From Macrostomum hystrix (Eukaryota; Animalia; Platyhelminthes): DNA of 64,000 bases. Where the stretch lies: NCBI GenBank assembly GCA_950097015.1, contig CATNEN010000001.1, positions 23,312,001 through 23,376,000 of the forward strand. Direction: 5' to 3'. Position numbers and translations under genes: made by a program. The notes beneath the pieces were generated by a model that was given only the letters and a program-made list of their open reading frames with translations, was not told the DNA's origin and ran no database searches. Numbering within the stretch: the stretch's first letter is position 1; the number at the start of each line of letters is the position of its first letter. Positions 23,965-35,600 of this stretch are shown piece after piece.

Positions 23965-25330
23965 TTAATACAGTATTGGATTGCCATATCGTAATGGCGG
24001 ATGACCTCTTCGGGGTCGCAAGCGGCGCGGCGACACCGGAGGTGCGTCGACGACAGGCGAGTGACGCACAGGTGCCGGTCCCTGGTTACGGTTTATTAGA
24101 GGTACAAAGACGAATTCGTCCGGGTCCCCATCTTCAAAATCGGGCTCCGACTCCTGATGGGTTCTCTCAGCCCCCTCACTCCGCCTCTTTTGCGCGTTAG
24201 ACTTCCGTTTCACTTTTCGTAAGCTTTGCAGTCCTGGAGGTCGCTCCGGAACTTTGCGAAGGTTGTTGTAATGCACAATTTTTGTCTTTTTCTTATTTTC
24301 CAAACGAATTCTGAAATTAACGTCAGAATTTTTTTCAACGACTTTGGCCGGCCCCTTTCAATAGTTGTGGAACTTTGCAGCTTCATTCGGCTGCAGGGCA
24401 GGTGAGTATTCGAGTACGGTATCACCTACTTCAATTGACGGGCCTCTGACTCTAGAATCGTACATAATCTTTTGCTTTCTCTGATATTGCTGCAGATTTT
24501 CCCTTAACTCGGAGTGCACTTCGGCTAGCCTACTCCCTAGGAGCTGCAGATACTCAGGTGCATCACCAGGCATTGACTCGGGTAAATTGCCTATATCAAC
24601 CGGCAGACACATTTCTTTTGCGTAGAGCATGTAGTACGGGGTGTACCCCGTGCCACGATGCACACTACTACGATAGGCAAGAAGTGATGGCGCGATCAAC
24701 TTCTCCCAATCACCCCGAGCTTCACTTTGACGGCATTTGATCATATACTTTAGGGTTTTATTAAAGCTCTCTGCCTGGCCATCGGCCATGGGATGGTAGG
24801 ATGTGGTTCGGCATTTCTTTACCGACATCAACTGACACAATTGCCTTACCAACAAAGACTCGAAATTAGTACCCTGTTACAAGAAACTCCGGGCACCCAA
24901 AGTGTGCAATCCAGTGGTCGAAAATAGCTTTAGCTACAGTGTGCGCCCGCTGATTTGACAGGGGAACCGCCACTGGCCATTTTGTGAACGAATCATGGAT
25001 CGTTAGCACGAATCTAGACCCGTTCCGTGATCGGGGCAACGGCCCTACAATGTCAGCCATGATTCTTTGGAACGGGGCTTCAGAAACAATTGGCTGCAAC
25101 GGAGCTCGATTGGCCTGTCTTGGCTTAGCTCTAGCACAGTGGATGCAGCTTTTACAGTACTCTTCTACTCTACGCGATAGCCCGGGCCACCAGAACCTAT
25201 CTTTTACCTTTTCCTGGGTTTTCCTTACGCCTAGGTGCCCTCCTGCTACCCCATCATGCAGCTCCTGGAACACTTTAGAGAATAACGTTGGAGGTAAGAC
25301 AATCTTTTTTACTCCTCGGTTTCCCGGGCT
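23965..25330 (-). pseudogene. Gypsy integrase, disrupted
   Basis: HDGVAGGH...CIHC zinc finger, ADIVGPLP, TTSYHPMADGQAESFN, C-terminal VHYNNLRK; the second catalytic Asp region (TDQG) is lost by a frameshift near 24870. Confidence 0.92.
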
Positions 25331-27795
25331 TCAAAAGTACAGCAACTGAGATTCTTCATGCAACAGTTGACGATGTGCCCAAAGGCCTCGCTCTTCAGTC
25401 GACATCACTACTGGCGGTTGTCCAAATCCCTCAGGATCACTAATGAAGACCCTTACACTGGAAAGCTTACTTTCTGCTTCCTGAGCTTGCTGAATTTCCT
25501 TCTTGTCAAGGCTACTTCCTAGAATGACGTTTACGACCGGACAGTTAGGCTCGTAAGAGCAGCTAGGACAGCTCTCATGTCCAGTGTGTTTGCGATATTT
25601 CCTGGATAACGAGTCTGCGTTCGAATGGTCTCGCCCAGGTCGATGGATGATTTCGAACTCGTAGTTCTGAAGGGACTCCAACCACCTAGCACACTGTCCA
25701 TCCGCATCTCTCAGACTAGTCAGCCATTTCAACGCTCTGTGATCGCTCCTGATAATAAATTTGCGGCCTAAAAGATAATAACGGTATTTCTTCACAAAAA
25801 ATGCACGATCGCTAGCAGCTCGAGACGGGTAGTGCAGTAATTCTGCTCCGCAGACGTGATACTTCGTGACCCGAAAGCGATCACCTTCTCTTTTCCATCA
25901 ACCTGCCGTTGAGACAGCACAGCACCAAGACCTACTCTGGAACTCGTATCCGTGTCCAAAATGAACTCAGCCGCCGTAGGGGCGAAGTCCGGAAATTCCA
26001 TCACGTTGGGCGAGCACAGCGCTGCCTTCAACTTACAGAATGCACTTTCTTCGTCTCCTCCCCATCTAAACTCTGTACCAGCAGCGGTCAAGCGATACAA
26101 CGGAGCTGCAATCACTGAGAAGTTCTGAATGAATGTCTGATAATACGCACAGACGCCGAGGAATGATTGAACCTTTTTTACACTGCATGGCCTCGGCCAG
26201 TTTTGAATTTCTATGCACTTATCCGAGTCTGTACCTATTCCACGGGCCGAGATCCTATGACCTAGAAACTTGATTTCACTGGCCAAGAAAACACACTTGC
26301 TAGGTTTCAACTTAACATTTGCGGCGCGCAGATGCTGAAATACATGCTCAAGACGCTCGAGATGTTGTTCCACACTCTTGGCGAAAACGACAATGTCATC
26401 GAAGTATACCAGACACTCCTTCCAATTTAGGTCTGATAAGGCCATAGACATCAGCCGGGTAAACATCGCTGGTGCATTTCGGAGGCCAAAGCTCATGCAC
26501 TTCCAAGCGAACTGACCTTTATTCGGCACGATAAACGCAGATTTTAGCTGATCTTTCGCAGCTAATGGACACTGATGATATCCGGACGCCAAATCCATCA
26601 TCGAAAAGATGCTGTTGCCTCCTAAAGCATCCATCGTCTCGTCCATTCTAGGTGGCGGGTAGGGGTCCGGAACTGTTACCTCATTTAGCCGCCTGTAATT
26701 CAGACACAGACGCAAGCTGCCATCCGGCTTTTTTACCGGAACAATGGGGCTAGCCCAAGGCGAATAGCATGGATAAATTCGATCGGTATCCAATAACTCA
26801 TCTACCTGCTTATCTACCTCGCCCTTCCAATGAGGCGGAATCCTCCTAGGAGCCAGATGGATCGGCTTGGCATCACCTGTATCGATTTCGTGCGACAAAA
26901 GGTGACTACATCCTAATTCGGAGTTGTCTTTTGCGAAAACATCGCGATTCCGAGAAATCAGCTCAATGAACTGGTTCCTTTCATTCTCAGCAAGCCCACA
27001 TTGGCCCCACTCCTTGACATCGTCCAACGGGCTCCAATTCCCGTCAGCTGCGATCGCACCGTTGACTTGCAATCCAGCGGGTTGTTGGGCGGCGATAGGC
27101 GAGAACCATCCTACTCTCGTTCCCTTTCTCAGGGAAAGAGGACAGTCTGACGTGTTAAGGATTCTCACGGGCATGAGTCCTTCATCTCCAGGCTTCTGGA
27201 TCGATCTAGCAACCATGCGCTCATGACTGAATCGCTGCTCAGACTCTACCATTCCTAGAAACTGGACTCCAGCGACTCCGTACCGCTGAACCCTGACCTG
27301 GACAATCTTTTCTTGCCCTGCACTGCTCGGATCTACTCAGAATCAGACGGCACAGCCGCGGCTTTTTCGCTGTCAGACGGAACGGATAAACATACGCGCC
27401 TGCCTGCAAGCAAGTTCGAGCAAAATCGATTGACATGCCGTTCTTGAGAAAAAATCTACACCCAAAATGCACTCAGCAGACAGGTGATCAACAATAGCAA
27501 ACTCTTGCTCAAACTCAGTTTCACCAACCTGGAAAGTTATCTTCGCTGTTCCACACACAGGAATTGCCTCACCATTAGCAGTAAAGATTGACCATTGATT
27601 CAGATTAGGGACGACTTGAATCTTCAACTTGTTTTGATTCACTACTGTACGATTAAGAATTGACACGGTAGCACCACTATTCAACAGACACGCTATCGAG
27701 GGCCCAGAGCCAAACTTGGCATCCAGATAGCCTAACCCAGTTCTGCTCAATACACTCTGGGTCAAGGCTGGAGCCCTCGGAGGACTCGAACTCAA
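25331..27795 (-). pseudogene. Gypsy protease-RT-RNase H, disrupted
   Basis: LLNSGATVS (protease, D->N), SPWASPIVPVKKPDGSLRLC, DLASGYHQ, FGLRNAP, YFDD, ILDTDTS, ELLAIV, SDHRAL, NADSLSR; several frameshifts. Confidence 0.95.
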
Positions 27796-28768
27796 TGGCG
27801 CGGGGGCCCGGGACGCTGACCCACCCGAGCCCCGCTCCCGTTTCCCTGACTACCGCGATTCCAAAGCTGATAGCAGCCGTTCCGCAAGTGGCCCGGCTGA
27901 CCACACTCAAGACAGACGACTGGATTCCTGCACTGAGACGCCCCATGTCCCAACTGCAGGCATCGACTACAAGACCTTGGTTGTTGGGGCGCCGCAGACC
28001 CCCCTGCTGAAGCCCCTTCGCCGGCTGGACTTTTGGATGAACTATCGGCTTTGAGTTCGCCACGGAAGCTGCACTAGCCTTCAGCTGTGCTATTTCGGCT
28101 TTTAAAGCTACAATCTCAGCTACCTCCTCGCTCCGTTGCGCTACGGGCTGGCTCTCTATCATGTGGACTCCTCGACTAGACCCTCCTCTGTATTCCAGCA
28201 ACTTCATGGAAGCCATGGTTTGGCGAACTCTCTGGACAGCCTCCTGCAGAGTCTCTGGGTTGTGCATTAGCACGCCCTCCAGCACTCGAGTCAGTACTTT
28301 AATGCCTTTTAGGAAACGATCCTTAGCCAGTTCATCCCGCTGGGCGGCTGGTAAGTTAGGATAAGCTTTTCTCATGAGCTCCCTAAGCGAGTCAGCGAAG
28401 TCTTCAATCGCCTCTCCCTCTTTCTGGTGTCGGCCTTGGAATTCTAATTTGTAGTCCTGAGCAGTCCTGTTCTGACAGAAACGAGCCTTTAATCGCTCGA
28501 TAAACTCCTCATACGTTAATCCTTCATCTAGTTCCATGTTCGCTACAGCCTTAAACGCAGTCCCAAAGTCAAGAAGGCTTATCAACGTCTGTCGACGCTG
28601 CTCCGGTGCAACCTGCGCTGCATCACAGTATACTGTGAACTGTTGCAACCACAGGGTGAAATCCTGCGATGTTGCGTACTTATTTCGCCGTGGTACGCGT
28701 TGAGCTACATTTAACTGATTTTGCATGCGCACTGTCAGGGCGTCGATTAGATCATCTAAATTAGCCAT
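27796..28768 (-). pseudogene. Gypsy gag, frameshifted before the zinc knuckles
   Basis: QKEGEAIEDFADSLRELMRKAYP...RFLKGI capsid-like motif; CLECGQPGHLRNGC CCHC knuckle in a shifted frame near 27870-27965. Confidence 0.9.
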
Positions 28769-28875
28769 GGCTACAAAAGCAAAAACAATGCTCCAGCACA
28801 GCGACACGGACACACCGAGACAAACACAACAAACAGATCACACACACCTGCGCTAGGACAACGGGGAAGACTGGA

Positions 28876-28893
28876 ATCCTGGTCACGGCACCA
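28876..28893 (-). other. Primer-binding site, tRNA-His type
   Basis: Minus strand TGGTGCCGTGACCAGGAT, 3 nt after the 5' LTR; complementary to a tRNA-His 3' end. Confidence 0.85.
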
Positions 28894-28896
28894 CTT

Positions 28897-29557
28897 TGTT
28901 GTGTCTTGGCCTAATGGCCGACGGAGGGAGATTGGATTGGGTCCACCGCACGAGACACCCAGGTCCCAGCACAACCCTGCCTAGGCCTAACAAGTCTGAT
29001 TGGTTCCGCGAGAGTTCGCAGAACCAACCACCCTGGGACTAGCGAGAGTTCACTCGTCTCAGGTCCCTAACGGAGCGAAAGTTCACTCAGTCTTCCCACC
29101 GGCCCAACGCGGCACTCCCGGAAGAAAGAAGACACGAACTCACCTATGTATTCTAACTCAAGCTGATAGCGGAACAGCGTGTATTGGCGGTGCGTGAATA
29201 ATGAACAAGATCCGTGGCAGATAGAAAACACAAGCGCGCGGCTTTGCAGATAGAAAAACAAGCTTATATATTTACGGTACAGGGGTAGAGAAGGGAGACA
29301 GACAAAGCCTGGGGCCACAGGACTTACCGGCCCCAGCCAATGCGAATGGTCCAGGCGGGGGAGGTGGGGAGGCGGGGCTTGCGCAACGCTTGGGCATGGG
29401 CAGGTGGGCGCAGAGCAGAGAGAGGGGCTAGGCCAGGGTTGAGGCGTAAGCCTCTTACAAACCCTGACCTAGGCAGGCACGGGCGCAGGAAGGGGTGGGG
29501 CAGACATAAACACGGGTCACACAGAGCAGGGCAAAAGTGCATATGCACGGCACAACA
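28897..29557 (-). repeat. Gypsy 5' LTR (661 bp)
   Basis: Direct repeat of 21066-21735. Confidence 0.97.
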
Positions 29558-29845
29558 CCAGCGTCGCCTGCTGGGCCACTGCCTCCGCGCCCACCACCGC
29601 AACTGCGGTCCGCCCCTGGCTGAAATCCTTCTGGCTCAGCAAGGGGCACCGCTGCGCTGAGGACAAGCCCGTTACTGAACCTTTCTTAAGACTTTCTATG
29701 ATGACCTGACGTCGATTGGCCTGACGCCTGTGATTGCTTCTCGCCTTGACTCCAAGGCCTTCAAGCTGCGTGTGCTCGCTGCTTATAAAAGCGGTGTCTG
29801 TTATTGCTATATTATTATTATTATTCTATTATTATTATTACTACA
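29558..29845 (+). mobile_element. RTE-like LINE 3' end with (TAT)n tail
   Basis: QRRLLGHCLR...PLAEILL continues the sequence left of the Gypsy target-site duplication; ends in tattattattatt. Confidence 0.75.
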
Positions 29846-30706
29846 ACAAAGTACATACAGGAAATACTGGCCGCGCTTATTTATATGCAAGGACAACTGA
29901 AGTAGTATATTATAACAACTTCAGTTGTCTTTGATTATACATGTAAATGAAAAATATTTAATTTAATTAAAATTTCTGCAGGCTTGCATCTAAACAGATC
30001 AATGCCATTGTTTGGTGCGTTTCAGCGCTTGTATTGCAACACGTAAGCTGCTAAGTGGTTGCCAGCTTTCTCTAGTGACAATGCTACTTCAAAGACGGCA
30101 CCAATACACCCAAATGAAGGCATTATTCGTTTACAACGACAGTTTTCCGCGATTACCGCTTACCAGGAAAGGGTGTTGAAACTATGTCATCGGGAGAGTT
30201 GAAAATGCAGAAATAATATAAGTCTATGAAAGTCTACAGGATAGTTTTTATCGTCATATTTTATCGTTTCGCTGCACCTTCCGTGGCTAACGAGTATTAG
30301 GTGTTATTTGAAATTACACATTTGAAAAAACTTTTTAGGCCTATCATGCATCATCAGAATCGAATCCCATGACTATGCAAATAATCTGTGATTTCAAAGC
30401 TTCAGTAGTAATCGTATCTAGGCTGTAGCTTCAATTTTTTCAAATCCACTAACTGCATTCCTAATATAGAATATAAGTTTTAGAATAGACTATTCAACAT
30501 CATTTGTAGTCATAGAAGGCAAACTTCTTTAAGAATTACATGAAATTATTGGCTCTTATTTTTTCACTTTGTCTCTGGGTTTAGTTAAGACTTTTTTTAT
30601 CTAGCTCAGGCTTCAATCAAAATGATTAAAAGAATATGAATCTTTGTAAATGATAATTGTTATTTTATAATTTAATGCTTCTATACTTCAAATGGTATTT
30701 GATAAA

Positions 30707-31373
30707 GGAAGTGCTTATTCCCACGGTCCTGTGCCATTAATTTCAATTTTATCCACACGGATCCGTGCCGATAATTTTCTGCTTATCCATACGGCAGCTT
30801 GTATGAATAGGTCTACTTTCAAGTCCCTACCTATTCTTCTCTGAGCATAAGGCTTTTAAGTGTACACTATCAATGCATAGTGTAAAATAATAACAATGAT
30901 GTGTGATAATATGTGTGACGAGTTTGGTACTGACTAGAATTCTGCTGGTTGACTCATATGATTTTCTTTGATAGACTTCTTACTTTTTTAGTCAATACAA
31001 TTCGAATGAAAACATGTAACGATGACAAAAGATGTAGTAAGTTGTTATTACAATAATTAAAAAGGATGACATTAATGTCGGTTAATGAATGTGTAGGTCA
31101 AAATGTAGAACACATTCATAACACACTGGCAACTTTGTTGATCTATTGGCTTGAGGGTTCAACAAAACATTCAAACCCGAAAGGGCCTCGTTTTAAAAAA
31201 ACAGAACCATGTGGATAAAATTGAAATTAACGGCACGGCATATTTATATAAAGAGTTTTAGACCTATTCATACAAGTTGCGGTGTGGATAAGCAGAAAAT
31301 TATCGGCATGGATCTATGTGGATAGGCCTAAAATTGAAATTATCGGCACGGGACTGTGGGAATAAGCTCTGCC
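30707..31373. mobile_element. Mutator-like MITE
   Basis: ~110-bp imperfect terminal inverted repeats (GGAAGTGCTTATTCCCAC... / ...GTGGGAATAAGCTCTGCC) and a perfect 9-bp target-site duplication TTTGATAAA. Confidence 0.85.
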
Positions 31374-32693
31374 TTTGATAAAACATAAACTAAAAAAATT
31401 GTGTTCTTTAGGCTTACACCTAATAACAGTGGCTTATCCAAGGGGGGTAAAGGGATAGGCCCTACACCCCATAGGCTGTAGGCATTGTCATTTTTTCTGT
31501 AAATTTCTTAGAGTCAATGAACTGTAGCATCTAAGTCAGGGTATAGGGCCTAAGTAAAATTAAAAATAATTTTTTAAATATTTGTTTAATAACTGTAACC
31601 CTCATGGGTTACAGTTTGAAACAGTTACAAAATCCTGGTTGTGCACCTGTTTGTCAGCTGGATGTGTATGTTTGGCCACAGTTGCATTGTTTTATTCAAA
31701 AGATTCCTAGTCTAGATACATGTGCAACCTCCCAAATCTTAGCTGGCCGTTCGACTTAGTTTTTGGTCTATTCATGACTTAGTTTGCTCTCATTTGCTCT
31801 TTTTCTCTCCCCTTTTTCTCTTCTTCATGCCTTCCTTTTTTGTCCCTTGGTCCCCCCTTTGATTTTTTTGCACTTGGTTGATTGGTTTTTGCGACTTACC
31901 TTGCTTGGCCCTCGTTTCACCTGGCCAGGTCGGTCGGCCAGGTATTGCGCATGTATGTTGTAGTGTATGTCTATATTGTTCCTATACCAGCTTGTTGTGT
32001 TATATAGGTAGGGCTAATAAAAAGTTTCAAAATAATTAGCTAGCTGACAGACAAATTTTAATTATTTTAACCTTATGTCTTACTCAGTTAAATCTAATTT
32101 AAACATACTTTTGTGGGTCAGAAATGCAGGATATTGATAATTATTTTAGTAATGAGATATAAGTCAAGTAAATTTTTTTTCTGTGTTAGTAAGTATATAT
32201 AAGCATAGCTAATTGTAGGGGAACTGCATGGGCACAATGTTTAAATGTGTTGGTCACTTGCTAATTTAACTACGTTATGTTAGTTGGAGTTTGTAGTTAA
32301 AGAGATGTTCAATAACCAAGAATGTTGTTTGTCATATATATTTTAGTAATATAAATAGACTAATATAATATGCAAGTATAATCATTGTGTGTTCCCTGTT
32401 AAGTAGCCTGTGTCCTATTTATAATGGCCTATAAAGTTGTGAGTCAAATATAAAACAAAATATATAAGATAAATTTCTGTTGTAATCTCAACAAAAAAGT
32501 TCCCAAGTAAGAACTCTGAAGTAAGCAAAGAGAAAATCTAAATGTTTTTTATAGGCATCAAATGTTATTTACTAATTTGTTCTTAAAGACTAAGCCTTTA
32601 TTCTGCATAAAACCTTAGTTTTGCTATATCAAGATTATTTAATTTTGCTATTGCAGATATTGTTAGGCAAAAAAGTTACAACAGCAAAGCAAT

Positions 32694-35600
32694 ATGGCTA
32701 CCATTAAACGAAATTTGAAAAACATTGTACACAATTACTCCGATGCTCAAGTGAAAGTTCGCGAAGCCACATCCAATGATCCATGGGGCCCATCTAGTAC
32801 ACTGATGTCTGAGATATCCGATATGACTAACAATGTCATGGCCTACACTGAGATTATGTCCATGATCTGGAAACGGTTGAATGACAAGAACAAAAACTGG
32901 CGCCACGTGTACAAGGCTCTGGTTCTGTTGGAGTACCTCATCAAAACTGGCAGCGAGAAGGTTGCCCAGCAGTGCAAAGAGAATCTATTCGCCATTCAGT
33001 CCTTGAGAGATTTCCAGTACACGGAGGAGGCCAAGGACCACGGCTTGAATGTGCGAGAGAAGGCTAAAAATCTTGTGGCTCTCTTAAAGGACGATGAGAA
33101 GCTGAAGTCAGAGCGACAAAGCGCCATCAAGGCCAAGGAGAGGCTGCGGCACGGAGGTGGCTTCAGCTCTGAGGACCGGCCGCCTGACAGGTGAGACTAA
33201 TTGCTGATTGATGGACAGGTGTAAATACATTCTATTGGTTAATTACCTTGGTAATCCTTGGATTTGATTGACATGTATTGTAACTGTATACTTATTAACA
33301 TTTAGTGAGACAGACTGAAGATAGATTGACAAGTATAGAGACAGGTTACTGTAGACTGATTGACAGGTAATAGTAAAGAGACAGGTTATTGTAGACTGAT
33401 TGACAGGTAATAGTAAAGAGACAGGTTACTATATATTGATTCACAGGTAAGAGTAAAGAGACAGGTTACTATATATTGATTGACAGGTAAGAGTAAAGAG
33501 ACAGGTTACTATATATTGATTGACAGGTAAGAGTAAAGAGACAGGTTACTATAGATTGATTGACAGGTAAGAGTAAAGAGACAGGTTACTATATATTGAT
33601 TGACAGGTAAGAGTAAAGAGACAGGTTACTATAGATTGATTGACAGGTAAGAGTAAAGAGACAGGTTACTATAGATTGATTGACAGGTAAGAGTAAAGAG
33701 ACAGGTTACTAAAGATTGATTGACAGGTAAGAGTAAAGAGACAGGTTACTGTAGATTGATTGACAGGTAAGAGTAAAGAGACAGGTTGTTGTAGATTGAT
33801 TGACAGGTAAGAGTAAAGAGGCTGGTTACTGTAGATTGATTGACGGGTAAGAGTAAAGAGACAGGTTGTTGTAGATTGATTGACAGGTAAGAGTAAAGAG
33901 ACAGGTTATTGTTGACTTATAGACAAGAGATTCTAAGAATTGATGGACAGGTACAGACAGTCTGTAGATTGATAGGTGGGTTAGGCCAGGTAGAGTCAGA
34001 TTGTGATGGCTATCAGAGGCATGTACTTTTACAGTTTGAGCTGACTGGCCCCCATTCACCTGCAGGTCCCGCTTGGAAGCTCAGCGCCGGTCAGAGTCGG
34101 GCGCAGGCGCAGCCCCGGGTGCCGCTGCCTCGGCGCAGGAGGCGGAGGATCTGCAGCTGCAGCTGGCGCTGGCCATCTCTCGCGAGGAGCATCAGCAGGA
34201 GCTGAAGAGACGCGAAGCCGAGGGACAGAAGGAGGAGCTGAAACTGAAGATGGCTTTGGAGGCCAGCAAGAAGGAGGAGGAGGTGAGAATGGCATGAAAC
34301 TGGAGTTTATTAATCAGTAGAGCTACAAAGGGGTACACCCCTGACACTTTTTGTGCTACACCATAACGGAACAACGCATGCAGACGAAACTCAAGAATAC
34401 GAAATTTATCAGCATGTCACCCGACTGTGCCTACATCATCTCCGTCTTCGGCGGTCACCTACTTTTATCTAGACGGATTTGCTGGACCTTCAAGGGCTAT
34501 AACAGGTGGAACTAGACCACTATGGACACCCTGACGCTATTAAATATTAGGCGCAGCTCAACCACAGGACACCCTCGCCTAGTCTGTCAACCAATCGGGC
34601 ACCACCCAACTTGGGGAGGTAGATTTCCCCAATCCCTGGCTTGGTAGTCCTACTGTTAACTAATGCAGTGATTTCACGAAATTCTTATCAGTGGTCGTGA
34701 GTTCGAAAATCTGAGGCTCGAACCACATTCCTTTGGGGGTCCAACTTTTAAGGCACAGTGAGAGTGTACACTGCCTGATCATGAGAAAGTCAGGGCAGAT
34801 GTACACACCTGCGTGCGCGTGCGCGTGTGCTCAGGAGTCAGCGGAATGGGCAGAATTGCCTCCTCGCTGGCTGCGGGTCTAGTGTCACCAAATGATGTAC
34901 CATGACCTTGTTATTCCCTTGTTATTTTCGTTAGAAGAGAGACATGAAAATAGTACAGACCCCAGAGTTGTGTGCCGTAAATCCCCGTCCATTGTTTGCC
35001 AATCCCAAAGGTGCTGTCCCCGCTGAGAATGCCGCCAAAGCAACAGCAAAATGCTGTTCAACCAGTTTCCAACGCTGATTCAGATTTTGTGAGTATCTGC
35101 AGCATGGCTTAGCAAAATTGTACTCAAGTATTTTAGAAGTTTTTATTAAAAAAATGGCTATTACTGGTTGTTGAAATTGTTGCCAACACAATCTTGGATG
35201 GTTCGGTAATTTTATTAGCAATGTCTACATGGATTATACATTTGTTACATTGTGGTTGCGAAATAGATATTGCATTTAATAGAACTAGCTTGTAATAAAC
35301 CAGATTTTGTTTATTTGTAGATTTCAAATAATTCAGCGAAATTCATTAGCTTAAATGCGTGATTCATTTAGGTTACAAATTCACTTTCCGACGAGTTTAA
35401 ATTGTGTCAAGTTAAAGAAATTCCGTTGCACTAGTTTTTAACAAGTTTTTTTTCGAGTCCTGATAAATTAGTGTGCTTTCTTTCTAGTGAACAGCTCTTT
35501 TTAGAAAAAGATTCATAGATAAAACAGATTGAAAAGAGACGGAATGTAAAGGAAGAAATTCTGTTAGTCCGGCAATCTTTTTTGGATTTTACGGTTTACG

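Larger units (their letters stand above)
21066..29557 (-). mobile_element. Full-length Ty3/Gypsy LTR retrotransposon carrying extra ORFs
   Basis: Two LTRs (TGTTGTG...CACAACA), CCAG target-site duplication at 21062-21065 and 29558-29561, primer-binding site, polypurine tract, gag-PR-RT-RH-IN order. Confidence 0.97.
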
